Of a stretch of DNA of 51,037 nt, positions 19,320 through 27,093 are shown piece by piece. Origin of the DNA: a virus (Duplodnaviria; Caudoviricetes); the IMG/VR virus record IMGVR_UViG_3300036851_000137, positions 1-51,037 of that record; one strand, 5' to 3'. The notes below the pieces were generated by a model. That model made no database searches, was not told where the DNA came from, and saw only the letters and a list, made by a program, of their open reading frames with translations. The translations under genes were made by a program, and so were the position numbers. How positions within the stretch are numbered: position 1 is the first letter of the stretch; each line of letters opens with the position of its first letter.

Positions 19320-19850
19320 CTACGCTTTCATCCTCCGCTTGCGCTGGCCGACCAAATCGCTCATAGGAAAGTTAGGGGAGTTATCCGGAGACGCTAAGCT
19401 CCCCTCGAACCCGCGCCGGATGCGCTCGGTGCTCAGCTTCGCAACTGATAGGTCGAATGCCCATTCAGTGAGTTGTGCCTTCACCTCGTCGAGCGAGCGG
19501 CAGACGGCCACAGCATCACCCCACGACCGCAGGATATCGTGCATCTCAAGTTGGCTCGTTGGCACCGGCCGCTTTGGAATCTTCAACTCGATCCAGAACG
19601 TTGGCCATACCGCCCCGCTCAGGGCTGATGTTCCCCGAGGGCGCCGAAAGTAGAGGTCCGGCAAGTCGCGCTTAACTCCCATGTCTTTCGCTAGCACGCC
19701 GCGCAGGAACCCCGCATCGCCACCGCCCCTGCTACCATGTCCTATGGCGCTGAAGAACGCGGGCGGCCGCAGATGGCTGCGAAGATAGCCGGCGATCTTC
19801 GCTTGTAGTACAGCTTCGGGGTTCAGCGGCACGAATACCCAACGATACAA
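19320..19850 (-). CDS. VRR-NUC-like PD-(D/E)XK nuclease
   Basis: E..LQ..I, MGVKRDLPDL, WIELK, VCRSLDEV. Confidence 0.75.
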   Translation of the reverse strand: MYRWVFVPLNPEAVLQAKIAGYLRSHLRPPAFFSAIGHGSRGGGDAGFLRGVLAKDMGVKRDLPDLYFRRPRGTSALSGAVWPTFWIELKIPKRPVPTSQLEMHDILRSWGDAVAVCRSLDEVKAQLTEWAFDLSVAKLSTERIRRGFEGSLASPDNSPNFPMSDLVGQRKRRMKA

Positions 19851-20089
19851 TTCGACCGCGCGCTAAAGCATCCGGCCGGCCTCGGTTCGCACCGCATCTC
19901 GACGATGCGCAGGTCGACAAACAGCCCAAAGTCGCGAACGGCGGTCATGGCCTCACGGCATGTCGATAGGGACTTTGCGCAGATCGGCTCGGGTGCTGGC
20001 GGGGTAGTTATTAATTCATAATCCCCCGACCCCGCTGCCGCAACAACAAATGGAACGATGATTGATAGAAGGATAATTCTAAACAACAT
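19823..20089 (-). CDS. Small secreted Cys-rich protein
   Basis: Signal-like N-terminus MLFRIILLSIIVPFVVAAA; six Cys. Confidence 0.45.
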   Translation of the reverse strand: MLFRIILLSIIVPFVVAAAGSGDYELITTPPAPEPICAKSLSTCREAMTAVRDFGLFVDLRIVEMRCEPRPAGCFSARSNCIVGYSCR

Positions 20090-20666
20090 GGTGCCACTTC
20101 GTCCCATTGATGACACCCCAAACAGTGCCTTGGCAGACCCCAAATAGTTTTGCTATTTCACGTTGCGTTGCTTTAGTATTAGCAAGAATGCGTATCTTTC
20201 TCACGTCGTCGTCAGTGAGTTTTGCTTCTCCATGAGCCATACCTTTGCGACCGTCTCGCCCAAAATTAGGGTGCCGATTGCCCAACAACACGGTCCCATG
20301 TCGGTATCTGTCTGCCGTATTTTCTTTTGCTGTACCCCACCTGAGATTGGAAGGTGTGTTGTTTGCGCGCGCCCCATCATTGTGACACGCTTGGTGAGCG
20401 GGCGACGGACACGGACCAACAAATGCCTCTAAAACCAACGCGTGCACAGGGCGACGCTTTACTGTGGAGATCAGTCCGCTATAGATTTTGACATAAAGGT
20501 ATCCACCTCGACCTTTTGTGGGGCGCATCATTAGGCCGGGACGCGCTCCTCTTGGTAGCGAGCGAACACGTCCCAAATCGGAAACTTCATAGCGTCCATC
20601 ATGCCCAACGACAGATCGCCAATTTTCGGCGGTGCCGATCGCGGCGTAGGACGGGAGTGCGATCAT
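20079..20666 (-). CDS. NUMOD4/HNH homing endonuclease
   Basis: ENWRSVVG...YEVSDLGRVRS, VHALVLEAFVG, CHNDG...NNTPSNLRW, C-terminal HTH. Confidence 0.92.
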   Translation of the reverse strand: MIALPSYAAIGTAENWRSVVGHDGRYEVSDLGRVRSLPRGARPGLMMRPTKGRGGYLYVKIYSGLISTVKRRPVHALVLEAFVGPCPSPAHQACHNDGARANNTPSNLRWGTAKENTADRYRHGTVLLGNRHPNFGRDGRKGMAHGEAKLTDDDVRKIRILANTKATQREIAKLFGVCQGTVWGVINGTKWHHVV

Positions 20667-20808
20667 CGGGGTGCCAGGAATGCATTGCCGCGCGCCACTT
20701 GGCCCTTGGTCGGGCGGCGCGGTGGTACGTGTTTCGCCGGCTTGCGCGGCGGCTTCTTCGGGGATTTCATCAGTGTAGCACCTGACCCTTAATGTTTGTT
20801 ATGAGCAA

Positions 20809-21631
20809 TTATACGCCGCAGATGCCTTCGCACTCGTTGTTGAACAAATCGCCTTGCCCGCGCTCCGCATCTGACCTGATGTCGGCGTGTTCGAGAGGGA
20901 CAAGACTGCGGTGCAAAAACAATTCGCTCCGCGTCTTGCTGAAACCGGGGCGGGATAAGGCGATCAACCGCAATGGCGTCCTCCCACTCCGCAGGATTCT
21001 GGCGGATCTGTCGCCAATGCTCATTCGAGTGGTACGGGCAACCGATGCACGAGCTTTTGGCTGGCGTGGGGAACCCGTTGCGCTCCATCCAAAGGAGGCA
21101 GTCGCTGCGGCTTAGGCGTTTCTCAATAAGCGGCCAGCGTCGCTCAATCCACGCGAGCGGCCCTGGCTTGACGCGGTAGATTTCATCCATCGAAATGCCG
21201 ATCCACATTTCGATCTGCGGTGTTTTCGGTTGCCGTTGGCGCGGCTTGATCCCGAGCTTTTCCTTCATCCGGCGCTCGATGGGTTCGATCTTGTAATGAC
21301 CCGTGCATTGCCTTCGGAGCGGAGCCGCAACCCCTCCCTTTCCCGCGACGAAGAATGGCGCCGTCGCCGCTCGGCCTTGCCCTCGGATAGCCTCGCCACG
21401 GGCCAATTTGTCGATGTCCTCGCGAATGTTGCCCTGCCTGACGATTTCAATGGGGAACGGTAGGACATTTGGCGACATGAGCCAGCGGAGGTGATCGTAA
21501 ACCGTCGCGGGTTCCCATCCCGTATCGGCGAAGATGGCGCAATCCGGCATTGGTCCTATCTCACCCGCCGCCGCCATGAGGGCAAGCGTGGTCGATTGGA
21601 CGCCGGCGCCTAGCGATAGGATGCGGAGCAT
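20809..21631 (-). pseudogene. PAPS-reductase-like phage protein with a frameshift near 20950
   Basis: SLGAGVQST, FADTGWE, RQCT..YKI, KSSCIGCPYH; the expected C-terminus LFLHRSLVPL...NNECEGICGV is in another frame ending at 20809. Confidence 0.75.
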
Positions 21632-21650
21632 GGTCTGCCCTTAATCTTTT

Positions 21651-22235
21651 TTAACGGCCAGCGGCGGCGATGGCCGCTCGATATCGGCGCGCCGCCGCAC
21701 CGCGAGAGAACCTTGAAGGCGCAGGGATGTCGCGATTCGCACTCCAAGCGACCATGCTCATGCGACCTACTGCTGGCGCAATCTCGGCAGCTGGGATCAG
21801 GAACGGGACGAGATCCTTCCGCCACACATTGATTTGACGAGACCGCCTCCCGCCTCCCTGCTGCTGTGCGATGCAGCGATAGCCAAGCGCTCGCCAGAAA
21901 TCATTAGCATCGATGTCGAACGCGCATCGAAGCTGAATGGCCTCCGAGCCATCCGCGTCCGCCTCAAGCACCCGGATAAGTCCCTCGCCATACAGTCGCC
22001 GCCGCGCGTCGTATTGGATGCAAACCTGATGGCAAGAAACGATACCGCCGAAGGCTCCATGCCAGACGTAGCCGCACGGCTCGCCGCCGAGCAGCCCGAG
22101 CAAGATACGCCCGGCGCTCAGTTCGCGCTCAAACGTGACCCGTGGGTAGAATGACAACGCTGTGGCATTCTTCCGTTGAAGGCTATCCACATAGGTCAGC
22201 AGGTCCGGGTGCGCTCTGACGGCCACGAAATCCAT
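21651..22235 (-). CDS. GNAT-family acetyltransferase
   Basis: QYDARRRLYGEGL (acetyl-CoA motif A) and ANDFWRALGY. Confidence 0.75.
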   Translation of the reverse strand: MDFVAVRAHPDLLTYVDSLQRKNATALSFYPRVTFERELSAGRILLGLLGGEPCGYVWHGAFGGIVSCHQVCIQYDARRRLYGEGLIRVLEADADGSEAIQLRCAFDIDANDFWRALGYRCIAQQQGGGRRSRQINVWRKDLVPFLIPAAEIAPAVGRMSMVAWSANRDIPAPSRFSRGAAARRYRAAIAAAGR

Positions 22236-22240
22236 GACTG

Positions 22241-22540
22241 TTAATGATCTTTATCAGTAGGCGCAATTATTGGGTTCCTATACGACATCTCGGCGTACTT
22301 ACTCCATAACCCCTCCGCAACAATGAAACTCTCTGCCATAACAGCTCTAGTTTCAGCCATTTGATAATAGGGCATCTTGCGTCCGTTTAATAACTCGCGA
22401 ACAGCGACGACATACTCGTGCCCGTCCGGCGAGTCCCGCACTCCAAGCAACGAGCCGATATCCTCAATGATCGACCTAAGAATACGCTCTTGCGGCGGCA
22501 TTGTCGGATCTAGCAAATCAACGGATTTCATATTCCCCAT
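22241..22540 (-). CDS. Hypothetical protein
   Basis: Bracketed by boundary sites 22238 and 22548. Confidence 0.55.
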   Translation of the reverse strand: MGNMKSVDLLDPTMPPQERILRSIIEDIGSLLGVRDSPDGHEYVVAVRELLNGRKMPYYQMAETRAVMAESFIVAEGLWSKYAEMSYRNPIIAPTDKDH

Positions 22541-22563
22541 ACCTTTACCGAGAAGGATACTTA

Positions 22564-22776
22564 TCAACTAATTGGAACGTGAACGGCCTTGCGTGGGTCG
22601 CCCATCAATCGGCGCAATTCATCATTCGGATGATCCGCAGGTTCTGCTAACCCCCGTTCGATCAGATACCGCATCGCTGCCGCCCGCGTCGGAGGCACCG
22701 TCTGCCGCTGCCGCCACTCATCCACGCGGGCTAGAAGCTCCGGCGCAATCAGCATCTCAAAACGATTTTCTCTCAT
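22564..22776 (-). CDS. Ribbon-helix-helix regulator divergent from the RAMP-like operon
   Basis: MRENRFEMLIAPELLARVDEWRQRQ..PTRAAAMRYLIERGL. Confidence 0.8.
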   Translation of the reverse strand: MRENRFEMLIAPELLARVDEWRQRQTVPPTRAAAMRYLIERGLAEPADHPNDELRRLMGDPRKAVHVPIS

Positions 22777-22802
22777 GCCCGGCATGATACGGAATTTTCC
22801 GG

Positions 22803-22830
22803 TTGACGCAAGCCAAAAATCTGCTACGGT
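22803..22830 (+). promoter_or_regulatory. Putative promoter of the RAMP-like/guide operon
   Basis: TTGACG-16 nt-TACGGT; same -10 hexamer as the leftward promoter at 14936. Confidence 0.55.
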
Positions 22831-22843
22831 ACATTCCGTAACG

Positions 22844-22913
22844 TCATCAGAATGGCACGGCACACACGGGAGTAGCCTTGCACTGAATGGCATAGACTTC
22901 AGCGGAAAGGCTC
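22844..22913 (+). ncRNA. 5-nt-periodic leader tract (putative gapped guide RNA)
   Basis: 14 consecutive pentamers, all N[GA/CA/GC]NN: tcatc agaat ggcac ggcac acacg ggagt agcct tgcac tgaat ggcat agact tcagc ggaaa ggctc. Confidence 0.75.
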
Positions 22914-22917
22914 AACG

Positions 22918-23493
22918 ATGGACACGATAAAATTCCATTTCAAAGGCTCGGCGCCAGCAATGATGCAGAGCGAACGGTTGGCAAACCCAATCGACCCGTT
23001 GACGAAAACGCTCAAGGCGATCACTGGCAAGCGGAAAAAGACCGACGCTGATTACGAGGAAATCGCCCGCATCAAGTTTCTGGGGAGCCTCTACTATGAC
23101 GAAAGGCTCGGTCCATATTGGCCGGCTCAGAACGTTGACCGCATGTTCTACGATGCGGCGAAACTGTCAAGGCGTGGCCCGGACGTGAAGCGGGCATTCA
23201 TGACGCTCGATGACAAGATCCCCATTATCTACGAAGGTCCACGCACCCCCGAAGCCATGTATGCTGTGCGGGATCGCTTCGTCGATGAACGCTCGGTCGT
23301 AGTGCAAAAGTCGCGCATTATGATGACGCGGCCCATTTTCCGAGAATGGGAAATCAAATTTGAGGCAGCATATGATCCCGAGGTTATCAATCGGGATGAC
23401 GTGATCGCTTTCGCACAGTTGGCGGGGCAGATGATCGGTCTCTCGACCTATCGCCCCCGGTTCGGCCGGTTTCAAGTTGTGTCTGCGGAATAG
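22918..23493 (+). CDS. RAMP/Cas7-like RNA-binding protein (VIPR-like effector)
   Basis: N-terminal strand plus G.APAMM, YWPAQNV, TRPIFREWEI, and C-terminal Gly-rich loop GQMIGLSTYRPRFGRFQV; flanked on both sides by periodic non-coding arrays. Confidence 0.7.
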   Translation: MDTIKFHFKGSAPAMMQSERLANPIDPLTKTLKAITGKRKKTDADYEEIARIKFLGSLYYDERLGPYWPAQNVDRMFYDAAKLSRRGPDVKRAFMTLDDKIPIIYEGPRTPEAMYAVRDRFVDERSVVVQKSRIMMTRPIFREWEIKFEAAYDPEVINRDDVIAFAQLAGQMIGLSTYRPRFGRFQVVSAE

Positions 23494-23819
23494 CCGTGGC
23501 GAGGAATTGATAACCGAGGCACAGATAACATACAGGCGAGGGTAAAACAGCGGATTGGTTCATTACATAGGCGCGCACATGCGATGAATGCAGCCGATGA
23601 CACGGGCGACGAGATCATACGACGCCACGAGAGTCGATCAGCAATCAGGACAACGGATTGGTTTATCAAATTGGCGGTGATTACATTTGAGCCGACACGA
23701 AGCTACCGGACCCGATCACAGAGGATTGGTTTATTACATCGGAGCGGACCAGCAATGAGCAGTCGCATCTGCACTCAGCAGATCGCAAGTGATAACCGCA
23801 GAGTGGAAAGGAATGGGTT
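23493..23819 (+). ncRNA. Array of four 5-nt-periodic tracts separated by GGATTGGTTYATY
   Basis: Separators at 23552, 23655 and 23723, with a variant GGAATGGGTTAT at 23810; the pentamers between them fit N[GA/CA/GC]NN, with 17 of 17 at 23570-23654. Confidence 0.85.
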
Positions 23820-24323
23820 ATGTCAGAACACCTTTTGCAGCAATATCCGGCATGGCGCGAAGCGATCAAGGCATTCATGCAGGAGCGTTTCGCGGCTGGA
23901 GATACCGTAACGTTCGATTGGCTCTATGAACATTTCCTGATCCAGCGCCCCGCTGGCTCGACCTTGCTCGCCGATGCGCAGAAGGCCGAGTTGCAATTCC
24001 TTAGCCAGTTCAAGAACTTTGAGGATGCTCTTCTAACCGAACATCAAATCGCGTTGACCAACGTGCGCGGCGTCGGATACCGCATCGTGCCGGCGGCAGA
24101 GCAAACGCGATGGGCCGAAGAGGAGGGCGTCGGCCAAGTTAAGAAGGCGATCCGCAAACTCGGCGATCGGCTTACCAACGTTGATCTCGTGCAGATCACC
24201 AACGAGCAACGCAAGGAGAACGCCGACGCTCTCGCTCGCCTAGCAATGCTGTCAGGAATGGTCAAGAGCGCGGTAGAACGGAAGTCCGCGCTTGAAATCA
24301 AGAAGCCAAAAGGTGACTGTTAA
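23820..24323 (+). CDS. Accessory protein of the RAMP-like operon (possible winged helix plus helical tail)
   Basis: GGAAAGGA RBS; LTNVRGVGYRIV wing-like motif; stop lies in boundary site 24317. Confidence 0.75.
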   Translation: MSEHLLQQYPAWREAIKAFMQERFAAGDTVTFDWLYEHFLIQRPAGSTLLADAQKAELQFLSQFKNFEDALLTEHQIALTNVRGVGYRIVPAAEQTRWAEEEGVGQVKKAIRKLGDRLTNVDLVQITNEQRKENADALARLAMLSGMVKSAVERKSALEIKKPKGDC

Positions 24324-24724
24324 GTGTTCTTATCGGCAATCTGCCCTGTAATCCATGCATGCATTCGCGTAAAGCGATCCTCGGGTGTTTCTCGGGAGTA
24401 CCACTCATCGTTCAGCCACATGATTTCCGCAGCCAATGCCGGGGCAATGCCGAATCTGTCGGCAATCGTTTCTAGATCCTCGGGGTCAATCTCGCGCATG
24501 TTGACGCCGCGCGCCTTCCCGACCGCACCGATTGAGCATACTTCGCCTTCTTGTTCTAGTTCATTTTGGATAAGGCACTTGCGCTCCATGCCATCAAAGG
24601 CAACCAACATCTCTCGTAGGAACGCCTGTCCCTTTCTTCCTTTGATGGCGCTAGCAACAGCGCCCCGCCACCGGATCAGCGACCATTGATCGTCGTAATC
24701 TTCGCTATATCCCGACCGGCTCAT
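24320..24724 (-). CDS. Conserved phage hypothetical protein
   Basis: MSRSGYSED...WRGAVASAIKGRKGQAFLREM; bracketed by sites 24317 and 24732. Confidence 0.75.
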   Translation of the reverse strand: MSRSGYSEDYDDQWSLIRWRGAVASAIKGRKGQAFLREMLVAFDGMERKCLIQNELEQEGEVCSIGAVGKARGVNMREIDPEDLETIADRFGIAPALAAEIMWLNDEWYSRETPEDRFTRMHAWITGQIADKNT

Positions 24725-24751
24725 TGGCGTGTCCTTAAAGTTTATTAACAG

Positions 24752-25882
24752 TCAATCAGCCGCCACATCGGCAAACAAGGGGCACTCGTCCTTGATCCGC
24801 CGCCGCGCCATCTCAGCATAAATGGGGTTTAGTTCGATGCCTATTGCATTGCACACTAAGCGATCGGCAACGAGTAGCGTAGTCCCGGCTCCGGCGAATG
24901 GATCCAGCACCGTCCCGCCTGATGGCGAACCCGCACGAATGCACGGCTCAACCAAGGCCGGCGGGAATGTAGCGAAATGCGCCTCCGGAAACGGTTGCGC
25001 TCCCACAGTCCAAACCGACCGCTTATTGCGCGTCCCGAGAACGGTGTATTCCGATTCTAGGAAGATCGCTGTACGCCGATCATTGACATCGCTCACATCA
25101 TCCCTTGCCGCAGCCGAATGAGCACCCACAATGCGCCCCTCGGAGACAGTCGGCTCGGCAATCGCCGCCGCATCAAAATAGTACCGATCGCTCTTGCTCA
25201 GCAAGAATAGGTACTCGTGCGCCTTCGTGCAGCGGTCGGTGACACTTTCCGGCATCGGATTCGGCTTCGCCCAAATAATGTCCTGCCGGAGCCACCAGCC
25301 ATCGGCGCGCAACGCGAAGGCTAGCATCCACGGGATGCCGATCAGATCCTTGCCTTTGATGTCGCCGCCTACCGGACCAACGCCATCACGGTTGCGCTGC
25401 CCGCGTTCGTCAACGATTCCGTCAGCTGTGTTCGTCGCCTGCTTGCCTGCGTCAGGATTGCCACCCTTGCCGCTCCCCGCGTAGCTGTCGCCAATGTTGA
25501 GCCAGAGCGTGCCGTCACTCCGCAGCACGCGGCGGACCTCGTGGAACACTGCGACCATTGCCGCCACGTATTCGTCGGGCGTCGATTCGAGACCGAGTTG
25601 CGCGTCAATTCGGACGGCACCGCATTTCGCGCACGTCTGACCCTGAGGCATCGTGTGTGTTCTAACTTTCACGGTTTCGCTAGTGTAGCCCGCTAACGAA
25701 GACGACGACGACGCAAGAGCCATACCTTTATGATCGCACGCCGGGTCGCCGCCCTCCCACGAGGCGGTGCCGTAATCCCTCAACCCATAATACGGCGGCG
25801 AGGTCACACAGCAATGCACGCTCTCGGCCGGCAGCTTCGCCAGCTCGGTTAGCGCGTCGCCTGTGATGACGCGAACGGTCAT
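24752..25882 (-). CDS. DNA methyltransferase, beta class (N4-C/N6-A), SPPY
   Basis: VTSPPY, IIWAKPNPMPESV, HFATFP, VLDPFAGAGTT. Confidence 0.93.
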   Translation of the reverse strand: MTVRVITGDALTELAKLPAESVHCCVTSPPYYGLRDYGTASWEGGDPACDHKGMALASSSSSLAGYTSETVKVRTHTMPQGQTCAKCGAVRIDAQLGLESTPDEYVAAMVAVFHEVRRVLRSDGTLWLNIGDSYAGSGKGGNPDAGKQATNTADGIVDERGQRNRDGVGPVGGDIKGKDLIGIPWMLAFALRADGWWLRQDIIWAKPNPMPESVTDRCTKAHEYLFLLSKSDRYYFDAAAIAEPTVSEGRIVGAHSAAARDDVSDVNDRRTAIFLESEYTVLGTRNKRSVWTVGAQPFPEAHFATFPPALVEPCIRAGSPSGGTVLDPFAGAGTTLLVADRLVCNAIGIELNPIYAEMARRRIKDECPLFADVAAD

Positions 25883-27093
25883 AAGCCTTTGTCGCTTAGG
25901 AAAAAATCCGGCACCGGAGCGCCCGCTTTGACGCGCTCGCCAATCGCTTGGACGGCCAGATCATAGGACTCCTTGGAGTCGATCGCTTCGTCGAATGGGC
26001 GATGCTCAAACAGCGGTAATTTTGCGCGTTCCTGAGAGACGGCGGCAGTCCTGCCGCCGTCTCTCAGGGCACCAATGCCCTCTGGCTGATGCCGGTTCTT
26101 GGCGACAACGCTATGCCGCCCCTCCCCCTTATAGTGCGCCATGCGCTCGCGGATGTCGGCGACATAGGCATCCTCGCGCTCGATCAGGATCGCGTTACGT
26201 CCAGTCGCGAGTGCAGCAACTCCGGTCGTACCGCTGCCGGCGAACGGGTCGAGCAACAGGCCGCCAGGAGGACAGACCAGCGCGGCGAGCCACTTCATCA
26301 ACTCGACCGGCTTCACAGTCGGATGGCGGCTGCCCCAGCGGTCTTGCCGCCCAGCCTTAGCCGAGAAGAAGAAGCGAGCGGCCGATCCGCCGTCGTCTTT
26401 TCCGTTTCGCTTGGCTGCGACACTGGCCGCGCTATCGGGGAACGCCACCAGCACCTCGTCGGAACCGTCGTGACAGATGTTCGCGGGCCAGCGGCCGACG
26501 TTAGGATCGAGGTCGGCATTGACGCCAACCATTCGAGAAAACGGCGCATTGCCGTTTGGGGTTTTGTCCTTCGACAAACTCGCTGGCACGCCTCGGGACA
26601 CGCCGATCCGGCACTCATCGATCTGCATCATCCGCTTGCCGCCCGGCTTGTAGGCGAGAACCAGTGGCTCGTAGGCGGGTTTTAGCATGTCCCGACGCTT
26701 GGGAAACCCGGTCGCGAATAGCCACATAATGCAATCCTGAATGACGAACCCGCCATCCTCGATCGCACACGCCAGCCGGTGATAGGTGCGGGTGCCGCCG
26801 AACGCGACAAGGAACGCGCCAGGGCGCAGGATCGTCGCTACCGTGGCCCATGTCTCAGGGCGGAAGGCGATGTCGCCACCGTCCCATTGCTGACCCATGA
26901 AGCCGCCTGAGAGGCGTACCATAGCGCCATCGCGACCGTGCTGAGCCGGAGCCGCATCGACCGCGCCAAAGCGCTTCTGCGTTGCCGTCAAGTGATAGGG
27001 TGGATCTGTCACGATCGCATCGCACGCCACGCCCTCTACGACGAGACGCGGGATCGCTTCTAGCATGTCGGCATGTTCGATGCGGATGGTCAT
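25879..27093 (-). CDS. DNA methyltransferase, beta class (N6-A), DPPY
   Basis: VTDPPY, GRWPAN, HPTVKP, LLDPFAGSGTT. Confidence 0.92.
   Translation of the reverse strand: MTIRIEHADMLEAIPRLVVEGVACDAIVTDPPYHLTATQKRFGAVDAAPAQHGRDGAMVRLSGGFMGQQWDGGDIAFRPETWATVATILRPGAFLVAFGGTRTYHRLACAIEDGGFVIQDCIMWLFATGFPKRRDMLKPAYEPLVLAYKPGGKRMMQIDECRIGVSRGVPASLSKDKTPNGNAPFSRMVGVNADLDPNVGRWPANICHDGSDEVLVAFPDSAASVAAKRNGKDDGGSAARFFFSAKAGRQDRWGSRHPTVKPVELMKWLAALVCPPGGLLLDPFAGSGTTGVAALATGRNAILIEREDAYVADIRERMAHYKGEGRHSVVAKNRHQPEGIGALRDGGRTAAVSQERAKLPLFEHRPFDEAIDSKESYDLAVQAIGERVKAGAPVPDFFLSDKGL

Noticed and set aside
22777-22893. Extended N-terminus of the RHH ORF in the track
   Set aside because: It runs through the promoter and the periodic leader tract; RHH similarity starts at 22776.
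23552-23820. CRISPR array call for the GGATTGGTT repeats
   Set aside because: The repeat is only about 13-16 nt, spacing is irregular (103, 68, 87 nt), the intervening DNA is internally periodic, and there is no cas1/cas2.
23387-23910. Track ORFs across the array (23584..23910 +, 23387..23578 -, 23472..23669 -, 23681..23878 -)
   Set aside because: The DNA has 5-nt rather than 3-nt periodicity, there is no convincing RBS, and the ORFs overlap better-supported genes.
25878-25895. Possible boundary site between the two methyltransferases (GTCATAA-GCCT-TTGTCGC)
   Set aside because: The spacer is 4 bp and both arms deviate from consensus, so it was not counted.
24752-27093. Restriction-modification system
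   Set aside because: No adjacent restriction endonuclease; orphan phage methyltransferases are common.
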